64,000 nucleotides of DNA from an uncultured bacterium (GTDB lineage Bacteria > Verrucomicrobiota > Verrucomicrobiia > Limisphaerales > UBA8199), in contig CAVVMW010000023.1 of the NCBI GenBank assembly GCA_963749495.1, forward strand, positions 216,006 through 280,005, written 5' to 3'. Of this stretch, positions 8,389-17,000 are shown in pieces. The position numbers were made by a program, and so were the translations under genes. Positions within the stretch are counted from its first letter, which is position 1. Each line of letters opens with the position of its first letter. The notes under the pieces were generated by a model. The model did no database searches and had not been told where the DNA came from. It was given only the letters and a program-made list of their open reading frames with translations.

Positions 8389-9749
8389 ATGAGCCAAAGC
8401 ATGGAGCGGCGTTGCAGCGTCACGTTTGCTGCCCTCACGGTCAGCTTGGTTTCGCTTTTGCCGGCCTTCGCGGCCAGCGATCTGGTCTGGCAAACGGGCC
8501 CCGGTACCGTTTCGCCCATCTCCCTCCCCCGAAGGGCACCGCTCCGGGTTTCACGCTGCTCACTCCCGAGCAGACCGGCATTACGTTCAGCAATCGGCTC
8601 ACCGACGCAACCGTGGCGAGGAACCGCCTGTATGAAATCGGCTCGGGGGTCGCGCTGGGCAATATCGATGGCGATGGCTTGGTGGACATTTATTTCTGCA
8701 GCCTCGAGGGGGCCAACGTGCTGTACCGCAACCTGGGGAATTGGCGGTTCGAAGATATTACCGCGGCGGCGGGGTTGGTCTGCTCCAACCAATTCTCGAC
8801 CGGCTGTGTGTTCGCGGATGTCGATGGAGACGGATACCTCGACCTGCTCCTCAACAGCCTGGGCGGTGGCACCCGGCTCTTTCTGAACGATGGCAAAGGC
8901 CATTTCACCGAGAAGACCGATAGCGGGCTGCTGCGGCGATTTGGGGCAACTTCGATGGCCCTGGCGGATGTCGATGGCGACGGGACGCTGGATCTGTTCG
9001 TGTGCAACTACCGCACGGATACCATCCTTGACCATCCGCCGGGGGTGAACGTGAGCGTGCGCCAGGCGCCGGATGGGACACTGAGCGTCGAGCCCAGCGG
9101 CCGGTTTGTCGTGTTGCCCGGTTGCACCGGGATTCCCCAGGTCATCGAGCGAGGCGAACCCAGCTTCTTGTACCTCAACCGCGGCGCCGGCCGGTTCCTG
9201 CCAGTGCCATGGCACGTTGGGCTTTTTGTGGATGAGGATGGCCTGGCCCTGCGCGAACCGCCCACCGGCCACGAGGATGTGTTCCTGGCGCAGAACTTCT
9301 TCGGCTTGGATGCGGAGACCTCGAGGCAGGATGCCGGGGTCGGATTGGTCCTGCTGGGAAACGGGCAGGGTGGCTTCCGCGCCTTGGGCCCTCAGGAGGC
9401 CGGGATCGCCATCTATGGTGAACAACGGGGCAGCGCCGTCGCGGATTTTGACGGCGACGGCCGGGTGGATCTCGCCGTGGCCCAGCACGGAGGGCCGACG
9501 CGATTGTTTCGCAATGTGCGCGCTGCGCCGGGCGTGCGCGTCCGGCTGCGCGGCTCGACGGACAACCCCCAGGCCATCGGCGCCTGTGTGCGCCTCCGCT
9601 GGGGCGAGAAGCTTGGCCCAGCGCGGGAGTTGCACGCCGGCAGCGGTTACTGGTCCCAAGACTCCCCTACCCTCGTCTTGGCCGCCCCGGCTCCGCCTTC
9701 CGCAGTCCAGGTCCGCTGGCCGGGCGGCCGGCAGCAGGTTTGGCCCTAG
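8389..9749 (+). CDS. Secreted FG-GAP/VCBS repeat protein with ASPIC/UnbV-like C-terminus (CRTAC1-like); frameshift near 8504
   Basis: FG-GAP repeats GNIDGDGLVDIYF, FADVDGDGYLDLLL, LADVDGDGTLDLFV and ADFDGDGRVDLAV. The C-terminus has GACVRLRWGEK...HAGSGYWSQDS...VQVRWPGG. The signal peptide MSQSMERRCSVTFAALTVSLVSLLPAFAAS is in the 8389 frame and the body is in the 8412 frame. One extra base near 8504 joins ...WQTGPG to YRFAHLPPPKG.... Confidence 0.8.
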
Positions 9750-9809
9750 CCCGCCGCGGCCCGCTCGGTGGTGATTTCGCCAGAGGGCGTGCAGGCCCGT
9801 TGAAAAGAG

Positions 9810-9837
9810 AAAACCGGATGGAGGTCCATCCGGTTTT
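9810..9837. terminator. Bidirectional intrinsic terminator between convergent genes
   Basis: Perfect 12-bp stem AAAACCGGATGG / CCATCCGGTTTT with loop AGGT. An A-tract lies on one side and a T-tract on the other. Confidence 0.7.
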
Positions 9838-9865
9838 CGGTGATCCAGCCTGGCTAACGCGCGGT

Positions 9866-10630
9866 TTATTGGTGCGCGCGATAGAAAACAGAAACGCCGC
9901 TGCTGGTCGGCGAGTACGGGCTGGTGGCGCCAGTCACCGCGGTATAAGGCCCGCTGACCAACGGGGAGGAGTACAAGGTCCCGGTGTAGGTAATGACCAC
10001 CTTCCCCTTCACCAACGCGATGCTGATCGTCGGCTTGGCCGTCAAGGCCGGAGCGTCGTCGAACGGCCAATAAGCCAGGAGGCTCGAGGCGGCGCTGATG
10101 GCGTCTGGAGCCGTGCCGCCGTATAGCGCGGCGATGTCCGATGGACTCAGGGCGGAGCTATAGACGGCGAAGTCATCCACCAAGCCGTGCATGGCCACGT
10201 TATCACCCAGGTCATAGCCGAGGTAAAGAACGTTGAAGTCGGTGGCCAGCGGCGAAGTCGAAGTCCCCTCGAGGAACATCTGCCCGTCAATCCAGATCTG
10301 CTTGTCGGACAAGTTCTTGAAGGCTACCAAATGGTGCCAGTTGGTCCACCAATTGTCGGTATTGCCAAAATCAATGTAAGGCTGAAAACCGGTGATGGCG
10401 GCACTGATGCGCTCGAGGGAGCCGTCGCAACAGCCAGAGGTGTCGAAATAGATATTATCATCGCTCCAAGGGAAATGAGCCTGGAATCCGCGCTCGGTGC
10501 CGCTGCTGGAAGGCGACACGCCCCAGAAGGCCGAACCTTGGGCGATATCGTATTTCTTGACCCACATCGAGAAAGTCATCACGTCGTTGCTCGAGGCGAA
10601 GTTGAGGAAGCTCGCGTCGGGCACCGTCAC
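9866..10630 (-). CDS. LamG-domain surface protein, C-terminal segment (second LamG copy)
   Basis: FLNFASSNDVMTFSMWVKKYD...WGVSPSSSGTERGFQAHFPWSDDNIYFDTSGCCDGSLERISAAITGFQPYIDFG...WHHLVAFKNLSDKQIWIDGQ is a paralogous copy of the LamG module in 10627..12873. It continues that ORF if the C5 run at 10640-10644 is corrected (…GDYAIDFGTGG|GTAWVTVPDASFLNF…). Confidence 0.8.
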   Translation of the reverse strand: MTVPDASFLNFASSNDVMTFSMWVKKYDIAQGSAFWGVSPSSSGTERGFQAHFPWSDDNIYFDTSGCCDGSLERISAAITGFQPYIDFGNTDNWWTNWHHLVAFKNLSDKQIWIDGQMFLEGTSTSPLATDFNVLYLGYDLGDNVAMHGLVDDFAVYSSALSPSDIAALYGGTAPDAISAASSLLAYWPFDDAPALTAKPTISIALVKGKVVITYTGTLYSSPLVSGPYTAVTGATSPYSPTSSGVSVFYRAHQ

Positions 10631-12873
10631 CCAGGCGGTCCCCCGGTACCGAAGTCAATCGCGTAATCGCCGGCCTTGCCGCTGTGGCCGCCCTGGTTGG
10701 GCGTATAGGCGGCCGTGCCGGTCAGCAGAGCGATATACTTGTGAGGCTTGTCGAGGCTGTAAACCGCCACGGTGAACGACCAGTTGTAGCTGGGTGAATT
10801 GGTGCCGTCCTTAAAGCTCACCGTCGCGGTGTGCTGAGATAGCGCCGCAAAAACCGGGCTCGGCACATAACTGACCGTGGTTTGACCGTTGGTCTTGCTC
10901 ACCTTCGCGGTCACCGCCGTGCCGTCAATCTGCAGCTTGACGGTGCTTGGATCGACCGGGTTGGCCACGTCCGTAATGACGGCCGAGATCAGGTTCGGCG
11001 CGGCAGTGCTGTCGTTGGCCGGGGGGGTAATGGAGGAAACGTAGGCAGCCGAAAAGCTCGGCAGCCACTGGTAAGCCGCGATCGCGTTGGTGATGTCATT
11101 GATCAGCACGTCGGTGCCATCGGCATTGATCATGAACCACTCGAGGTTGGCGCCTCCGCCGACTTGTTGGTAGAGCAACCTGAACGGATACAGGCCCGGC
11201 TTCGGGATATAGAATTGGAACGTGGTGTCGGCCCACCCGCGGGTGCCATCGTACTGGCCGAGGATGTATGACCCGAAAGCATCAAATGGATTCATGCCCA
11301 AGCTCACTCGGAACCCATCATCGCTGTTCACGTCCATCGTGTACAGCCCGTTGCTCGGGAACGACAACGCCGTGTAGAATTGACAAACGAAATTCTCGGT
11401 GTTGACGTATGTCACGGGATTGCCGGGGATCCCGGGGAAGTAGAAGTCCGGGTAGTCGGGCGCATTAAAGTCGCCATCGGAAGCGGTCGGAGTAATGTCG
11501 AAATTGACGACATTGGTCCATACGAAGAAGCCATCCGGCCCCACACTGCCAAGGAGCGGATCGGCGTTCGTGTTGGCCACGTTGGGGCCATACGCTCCCT
11601 TTAACACGGCATTGGCCGTCGCCATGTTCCCCGCCACCACGTCATCAACCTGATAAGTCTCCTCCTTGAAACCGCGGAGCGTGGCCGCGCTGGCCGCCAA
11701 AAGCTGGTTGGTGGAGACCAGGGTGAACTGCTGCACCGCGAAGGATCCGCTGCTGGAGTAGCTGTTGCCTTTGGTATCCTTGATGGTCAGAGAGGCGGTA
11801 TGGGTCGAGCCCGGCAGCAAAGGCGGGTTGGGGAGGACGTAATTGACCGTGATAGTGATGCCGTTGGTGGCCAGTGAACTGGGCGTCACGTTCTGCCCGT
11901 CCAAGGTCAAAACGATGGAACTGGTATCGGGCGCGCGGGTGCTGGAGGTGTACAGCAAATAGCTGAGGCCGTTACAATTGCCATCTAACGCGCCAATCAA
12001 CGGAGGATTATCGAAACTCCAATACGCCATGACGACCTCACCCGGCAGATTTGTGGGCGAGGTCCCGCTGTAAAGCAGGCCGATGCTGTTGGCGCTCAAG
12101 GCGGTGGAGTAGAAGGCAAAGTCGTCCATCCGAGCGTGCATCGGACCCGAGGCGTCCATGAGATTCCCCAGCCAGAAATCGGTGAAGTCGCTGGGCAGCG
12201 GCGAGGTCGAAGTCCCATCGAGGAACAACTGCCCGTCAATCCAGATCTGCTTGTCGGACAGGTTCTTGAAGAAGACAAAATGGTGCCAGTTGGTCCACCA
12301 ATCGTCGGTGCTGCCAAAATCGATGTAAGGCTGAAAACCGGTGATGGCGGCGCTGATACGCTGGAGCGAGCCGTCACAACAGCCGGCCGTGTCGAAATAA
12401 ATATTGTCATTGCTCCAGGGCGTGTGCGCCTGGAACCCGCGCTCGGTGCCGCTGCTGGAAGGCGACACACCCCAGAAGGCCGAACTCCCTGTGCTGGGGT
12501 TGATGTCGTATCGCTTTTGCCAGAAGGAGACCGACAGAACGTCGTTGCTGGTGGCGAAGTTCAACCACTGGGCGTTGCTGATAACGATCCCGGAACCGCC
12601 CTTGGTCGTAAAATCGATGCAGTAATCGCCTGCGTTGCCCGAACGGGAAGCGGTCGAGAAGGTTGTCGGGCCCAGCAGCGTCCCCGGATAACCGTGGAGC
12701 AAATCGTCCACGGCGCCGCTTTGGGCCAGAAGGCTGGTGCTGAGTGGGCCGCCGAGCGCCAGCAGTACGCCCATGCCGGCAGCCGGGAACCAGCGCCTTC
12801 GGATCGCACCGGCTCGCAAGTGACTGGGCCGCCCGCTCGGCCTGTTCCGATTGATTTGTTGTTGTGGTATCAT
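10627..12873 (-). CDS. LamG + PA14-like + Ig-like surface protein, N-terminal segment
   Basis: Signal peptide (…GMGVLLALGGPLSTSLLAQS). LamG-like jelly roll (WLNFATSNDVLSVSFWQKRYD...SDKQIWIDGQLFLDG...MDDFAFYSTALS). PA14-like block (YTMDVNSDDGFRVSLG...GLYPFRLLYQQVGGGANLEWF). Ig-like repeats lie toward the C-terminus. Confidence 0.8.
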   Translation of the reverse strand: MIPQQQINRNRPSGRPSHLRAGAIRRRWFPAAGMGVLLALGGPLSTSLLAQSGAVDDLLHGYPGTLLGPTTFSTASRSGNAGDYCIDFTTKGGSGIVISNAQWLNFATSNDVLSVSFWQKRYDINPSTGSSAFWGVSPSSSGTERGFQAHTPWSNDNIYFDTAGCCDGSLQRISAAITGFQPYIDFGSTDDWWTNWHHFVFFKNLSDKQIWIDGQLFLDGTSTSPLPSDFTDFWLGNLMDASGPMHARMDDFAFYSTALSANSIGLLYSGTSPTNLPGEVVMAYWSFDNPPLIGALDGNCNGLSYLLYTSSTRAPDTSSIVLTLDGQNVTPSSLATNGITITVNYVLPNPPLLPGSTHTASLTIKDTKGNSYSSSGSFAVQQFTLVSTNQLLAASAATLRGFKEETYQVDDVVAGNMATANAVLKGAYGPNVANTNADPLLGSVGPDGFFVWTNVVNFDITPTASDGDFNAPDYPDFYFPGIPGNPVTYVNTENFVCQFYTALSFPSNGLYTMDVNSDDGFRVSLGMNPFDAFGSYILGQYDGTRGWADTTFQFYIPKPGLYPFRLLYQQVGGGANLEWFMINADGTDVLINDITNAIAAYQWLPSFSAAYVSSITPPANDSTAAPNLISAVITDVANPVDPSTVKLQIDGTAVTAKVSKTNGQTTVSYVPSPVFAALSQHTATVSFKDGTNSPSYNWSFTVAVYSLDKPHKYIALLTGTAAYTPNQGGHSGKAGDYAIDFGTGGPPG

Positions 12874-13203
12874 AGCTTTGTTTGTGTTGTTGGGACCATT
12901 TTCAACGACAAGTAATATTCAAAACTACCCGGCACAATGGACGAATCGGCTGTGAATTTGCACTTTTTCCACACGCTCATGCTCGCCCACACGAGCGGAC
13001 CCCGTTCCAGAATGCCGAGGCCAATCGGACAAGGCTGCCAACAGGATCGAATTCATGGAAGGGCGTCCCACCGAACGCCCCTCGATCGTGGCGGCCCTGG
13101 ACGAGACATTCAAGAAGGCCCCGAAGTCCGAAAAGAAGGGCCAGCACCAGCACGACTTGCCCATGAGTAGGGCAAGGCGTGTGCCGGCGTGTTTTCCCGT
13201 GTT

Positions 13204-13572
13204 TCAGGAAGTCGCCGGAACTGCTTGGGATACAGCCGTTTGTGCGTTTTGCGGCGCCTCGGGCACCTGGCCGGCACTCCCTGAAACACCGGGCGACACG
13301 ATACTAAGTTTGATACTACTCGCCTCCGGCTGCGCTGCCGCGAGGCGGTCAAGCTTCTGAGGATCGGTCTCACTGAGCATGAGGTCGTCAATTCGATCAA
13401 GTTGTTTGCGCACGCGGGCAAGTCGCAAATCGGGGTAAGCTTCCGCAGGCTGCGGGGCGGATTGCGGTGGTTGTGGATCTGGCGGTGGGGGTTCTGGCGC
13501 AGTGAACCGGCGGGAGCCAGGAGCGTGCGAGCAGCGGGCCATTTCTGCGGCATTTTCTGCGGTGAATCGCAC
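13204..13572 (-). CDS. Hypothetical 122-aa ORF (weak)
   Basis: This is the only ORF in 12.9-14.2 kb whose sequence is not pure Arg/Pro/Gly shadow (RFTAENAAEMAR...LRLARVRKQLDRIDDLMLSETDPQKLDRL). Its 3' third runs through direct repeat DR1, so its true extent is doubtful. Confidence 0.25.
   Translation of the reverse strand: MRFTAENAAEMARCSHAPGSRRFTAPEPPPPDPQPPQSAPQPAEAYPDLRLARVRKQLDRIDDLMLSETDPQKLDRLAAAQPEASSIKLSIVSPGVSGSAGQVPEAPQNAQTAVSQAVPATS
13297..13320 (+). repeat. Direct repeat DR1: CACGATACTAAGTTTGATACTACT
   Basis: Matches 14153-14175 at 22 of 23 positions. Each copy contains an internal GATACTA-N5-GATACTA direct repeat, and the following CTCCGG(G)C is also shared. Confidence 0.6.
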
Positions 13573-14152
13573 GAGGGTATTGTCCTAACGTCGTGTTGCT
13601 TCGTCAAGCCTTTCCAGACGTGATCCCCGAGCCTCGCGGCGGCTGCTGGAGTTTGGCGTGTGCTGAGCGTCTGCGGGATCGCCGTGCGGTTAGCAAGAAT
13701 GGGCACCGGTCCATGGAAAGGGCGCGTGAGGGCAAATCCCAAAAACTCCCGTGTGTTAAAACCCTTTGTAGCGCATAGGCCAATCGGCGGCGGGGGGTGC
13801 CCCCCAGGGGTGTGGGGACGGGTCTGGCGATTTCCAGGGTCCCCATCGCCGGTCAACGCGGCGCCGAACGGGGCGACGCGCTGGCCGCCGGAGCGCAAGC
13901 GGCGCAGGACTTGGCCAGGGGCGCCGAAACCGCCTGGCCGAACGCGCCGTTTGCCCCAGGACGCGTTTTGATCCCCGCCGGGGGTCACAGAACACCCGCC
14001 TGCCGTCAAGAGCCCCGTGACTCCCGGCCGGCGAGGGGCGCCACCCCGCCGCGGTTGCTCTCAAAGCGTCGCCTCGCGCCAGGGCGGGGAGTCGAAAGGG
14101 GCAGCCGGCGCCAGCAAAACGGAGCCCGTTTTCCGCCCTCCCCATTTCTCGC

Positions 14153-14175
14153 CACGATACTACGTTTGATACTAC
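14153..14175 (+). repeat. Direct repeat DR2: CACGATACTACGTTTGATACTAC
   Basis: Second copy of DR1, 47 nt from the 3' end of tRNA-Lys. Confidence 0.6.
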
Positions 14176-14221
14176 GGGAGCCCTCCGGGCCGAATCGAAT
14201 CTGCGTAAGTCGTTGATGGAG

Positions 14222-14297
14222 TGGTGCCCCGGCCAGGACTTGAACCTGGAACCAATTGATTAAGAGTCAACTGCTCTGCCAATTGAGCTACCGAGGC
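14222..14297 (-). tRNA. tRNA-Lys (anticodon CTT), CCA encoded
   Basis: Manual cloverleaf on the minus strand. Acceptor GCCTCGG/CCGGGGC (one G-U). D arm GCTC-AATTGGCA-GAGC. Anticodon arm GTTGA-CTCTTAA-TCAAT (anticodon CTT). Variable loop TGGTT. T arm CCAGG-TTCAAGT-CCTGG. Discriminator A followed by CCA. Total 76 nt. Confidence 0.95.
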
Positions 14298-14398
14298 GAC
14301 CAATGGATCGTGCCATCTGGTGTCTATTTTGCACCAGTACGCCGCAGAGGCAAGCTGTTTCGCAGGTTGTTATCAGAGAGGCTCAAGAAATCTTCGTT

Positions 14399-14585
14399 CC
14401 CGCCTGAAGGCGGGCGCATCCCGACACCCGCCGCCGACGCCGAAGGGCCGGAGCGCCGGCTTCAGCCGGCTTTGGACGTTCAATGTTCAAAGGGGCCCAA
14501 AGGGGTGCGGGTGCGCGCAGACCCGGCTGAAGCCGGCGCTCCGGGGGCGATGTCGGAATGCGGCCCCTGAAGGCGGCCTTCCGCG
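14399..14585. repeat. Cluster of GC-rich hairpins (REP-like)
   Basis: Hairpins CCCGCCTGAAGGCGGG, GCCGGCTTCAGCCGGC and CCGGCTGAAGCCGG. There is also a 22-nt long-range inverted repeat GGAGCGCCGGCTTCAGCCGGCT (14449-14470) / ACCCGGCTGAAGCCGGCGCTCC (14521-14542). Confidence 0.5.
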
Positions 14586-14788
14586 GCGAACCGGGATGCG
14601 GCCTTTGGGCGGCAGGATGGACGCTCGAATGTTTCGCCGACAGGCTGCCCGGCTGTCGAGAATCCCTGGGGATTGCCTAGGGCTTCCCTGGGATCAAAAC
14701 CGGGAATTCCCAGGGTGGAGCAAAGCAGCATCTCCGATTACCATGTTCGACTGAAGTGCAAAACGAACGCTGGAAGAGAAAGACAAAC

Positions 14789-15544
14789 ATGCTCAAGCGA
14801 TTCACCGTGGGAACGGCAGCGGCGGCAGTGGGGCTGATGCTGGCAGGCTCCGCAAATGCGTCGTTGGCATTCCAAACCCCGGCGGGCTCAAGCACCACGG
14901 ATGGCAGTGTGGATGCCACGGCCACTTTTGCCTTAAGCGCCGGGGGTGTGACGCTTACGCTCCAGAATTTGCTCCAGAATCCAACGGCTGTCGGCCAGTT
15001 GATCAGCGCAATAACGTTCAATATCACGGGCGCCACTGGCTCGGGCGCTTCCGCGGTGAAATCCGGCCTTATCAGCACTATTTCGTCCGGAGGTTCTTAC
15101 ACTGCAGGACAGGCGGATTCACTGAGCCGTTGGGCCCTCAGCGAGTCAGGCACGCGGATTGGTTTGACGACCTTATCCGGCGGCCAGCCCAACAGCCTGA
15201 TCATCGGGCCGGATAGCGCGGGGGGCTTTACCCAGAGCGGGAAGTATAGTAATGCAAATCCTTCGATCCCCAACCATACTCCCTCGGTGCTCGGGTCCGC
15301 GATCTTCGACATCACCATCCCCGGCGTCACGGGCACAAGCCAAATCTCCGATGTGGAGATTCAATTCGGCGGAACGGCGGGTGCGAATACGGTTGACATG
15401 ATTGCCGCCGTTCCCGAACCGACGACAATGTTTGCCGGTGCATTGATGCTCCTGCCGTTCGGGCTGGCTGCCCTTCGGGGGATAGGGGGGATAGGGGTCA
15501 GACCTCAACATTCGACGTTTGTTGGTGCAAATGTCAAATGTTGA
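14789..15544 (+). CDS. PEP-CTERM sorting-domain secreted protein
   Basis: ATG at 14789 gives the signal peptide MLKRFTVGTAAAAVGLMLAGSANA. The C-terminus has VPEPTTMFAGALMLLPFGLAALRG (PEP motif, hydrophobic helix, basic residue). Confidence 0.8.
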   Translation: MLKRFTVGTAAAAVGLMLAGSANASLAFQTPAGSSTTDGSVDATATFALSAGGVTLTLQNLLQNPTAVGQLISAITFNITGATGSGASAVKSGLISTISSGGSYTAGQADSLSRWALSESGTRIGLTTLSGGQPNSLIIGPDSAGGFTQSGKYSNANPSIPNHTPSVLGSAIFDITIPGVTGTSQISDVEIQFGGTAGANTVDMIAAVPEPTTMFAGALMLLPFGLAALRGIGGIGVRPQHSTFVGANVKC

Positions 15545-15771
15545 GAGCTGACGCAATGCGCTCTCCCGTTGCTAAAGAGGTTTCTCGGGTCCCGGGATAT
15601 GTTCCGTGGCGCCGGCCACCGTTATACTTCCCGGTCGGTTTTGTAATGGCGCTTCGCGCGAAAGCGTGTAAGAAGGTTCAGGCAAACCAGTGGCGCGGCC
15701 GGACCGACAGTCCCGGCCGGCCACCGGCCGAACTAAAACCATAACAGGAAACGCAGATTGCAACGACGAGT

Positions 15772-16515
15772 ATGAAATTAGCACGCTTGATCGCGCCGGT
15801 ATTAATCGGTTCCTCCCTGACTCTCACGCGGCCCACGGCGGCGGCCGACACGCCCACCGTCAACTCCATCCTGGCCAAGCACGTCGAGGCCGTCGGCGGC
15901 AAGGAGGCGATGGAGAAGGTCCATTCCCGCGTCGTCCAAATCAGAATCGAATCCGACGCCTTCGGCAATAGCGAAGGAGAGGTCTTCGCCAAAGCGCCCG
16001 ACTGGCAGCGGTCGCACATTGATTTGGGCGCGGCCGGTATCATCGATGAGGGCTTTGACGGGACCGTGGCCTGGGTGAAAAACCCCTGGCAAGGTCTGCG
16101 GGTCAAGACCGGGGACGAACTGGCGAAGGTGAGACGTGACGCGCGGCTCAATCGGGAGGTGAACCTCAAAAGCCTCTACCCGGACCTGGCGTACAAAGGC
16201 ACTGAGAAAGTGGGTGACGAAGAAGCCTGGCTCCTCGAGTCGAAGCCATCCGCCTCGAGCAAAGAAAAGTTCTGGTTCAGCACGAAGACCGCCCTGGTGA
16301 TCCGGCAGGAATCGGAATACCAAGGCCCCGAGGGGGTCGTCAATGTCAACGTGTTCCCGCGGGATTACAAGGCCTTTGACGGCCTGAAATTCCCCGGCGC
16401 CATGAAAATGAAAATCTCGACCGTCGGCCAGGAATTTGAGTTCACGATGAAGTTCCTGGGCGTAAAACACAACGTGGAGATCGACGCGGCCAAGTTCGCC
16501 AAACCTGCGGAGTGA
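15772..16515 (+). CDS. Secreted LolA-like / outer-membrane-lipoprotein-sorting-fold protein (hypothetical)
   Basis: Signal peptide MKLARLIAPVLIGSSLTLTRPTAAA. The sequence pattern (ILAKHVEAVGGKEAMEKV..., FDGTVAWVKNP..., DEEAWLLESKP...) is typical of LolA-fold DUFs. The fold call is from memory, not a search. Confidence 0.65.
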   Translation: MKLARLIAPVLIGSSLTLTRPTAAADTPTVNSILAKHVEAVGGKEAMEKVHSRVVQIRIESDAFGNSEGEVFAKAPDWQRSHIDLGAAGIIDEGFDGTVAWVKNPWQGLRVKTGDELAKVRRDARLNREVNLKSLYPDLAYKGTEKVGDEEAWLLESKPSASSKEKFWFSTKTALVIRQESEYQGPEGVVNVNVFPRDYKAFDGLKFPGAMKMKISTVGQEFEFTMKFLGVKHNVEIDAAKFAKPAE

Positions 16516-16809
16516 GGTTTTAATCCAAACCCTGAACAGGAGAAAACAGAGAGAACGGAGATAAGAGCTCTGTTCCCTCCGTTGCCTCCTGTTAAAAACG
16601 GCGAAAGGACAGGCAAACAGACCACCAGCCTCGTCAACGCCCTCTACCTCGCAGACAGTTTCGGGCAGCTTGTGCAGAATAAGGAGGAGGCGGTTTCTGA
16701 CTTCCCGGTGAGCGCCACCGCGAATGAAGCGCACTGCACCGTTCCGCCGCACGCGATCGTCTTTGTGACGCTCGCCGGTTCGCAATAGACGCCGGTAACT
16801 GTTCAGGTG

Positions 16810-16921
16810 TGGGGCAGACCTCTGGTCTGCCGGTTCACGGAGCCTCCGGCTCCGTGTCCCTTGCAGTTGCGACGCTCGGGGCCGGAGGCCCCTCCAACCG
16901 GCAGACCGGAGGTCTGCCCCA
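16810..16921. repeat. 112-bp compound palindrome (nested hairpins)
   Basis: Outer arms are TGGGGCAGACCTCTGGTCTGCCGGTT / AACCGGCAGACCGGAGGTCTGCCCCA, and each arm is itself a GGCAGACC..GGTCTGCC hairpin. Inner hairpins are CACGGAGCC-TC-CGGCTCCGTG and GGGGCC-GGA-GGCCCC. Confidence 0.6.
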
Positions 16922-17000
16922 CGCATCCCCACTTGAGCAGTTGCAGACGCCGCTTATGAAAGCAGTTGTGCGGGAATGGGCTGCGGGCCATGCTCGGTGC

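Noticed and set aside
8301-10070. 589-aa minus-strand ORF
   Set aside because: It is antisense to the FG-GAP gene and runs across a terminator into the LamG gene. Its Arg/Gly/Pro/Ala-rich composition is typical of shadow ORFs in GC-rich DNA, and it has no motifs.
10000-12600. The two approx 90%-similar LamG-coding segments considered as a DGR template/variable repeat pair
   Set aside because: Differences are not confined to adenine positions, both copies are in the same gene, and no reverse transcriptase or accessory gene is present.
13110-14145. ORFs of 100-300 aa on both strands between 13.1 and 14.2 kb
   Set aside because: All are Arg/Pro/Gly-rich shadows overlapping one another, with no start context or motifs. 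I treated the region as non-coding or decayed, apart from the weak 13204..13572 call.
13297-14297. Intact integrative element at tRNA-Lys
   Set aside because: There is no integrase or excisionase gene, the direct repeats do not include tRNA sequence, and only approx 830 bp lies between them. It is reported only as a possible scar or regulatory pair.
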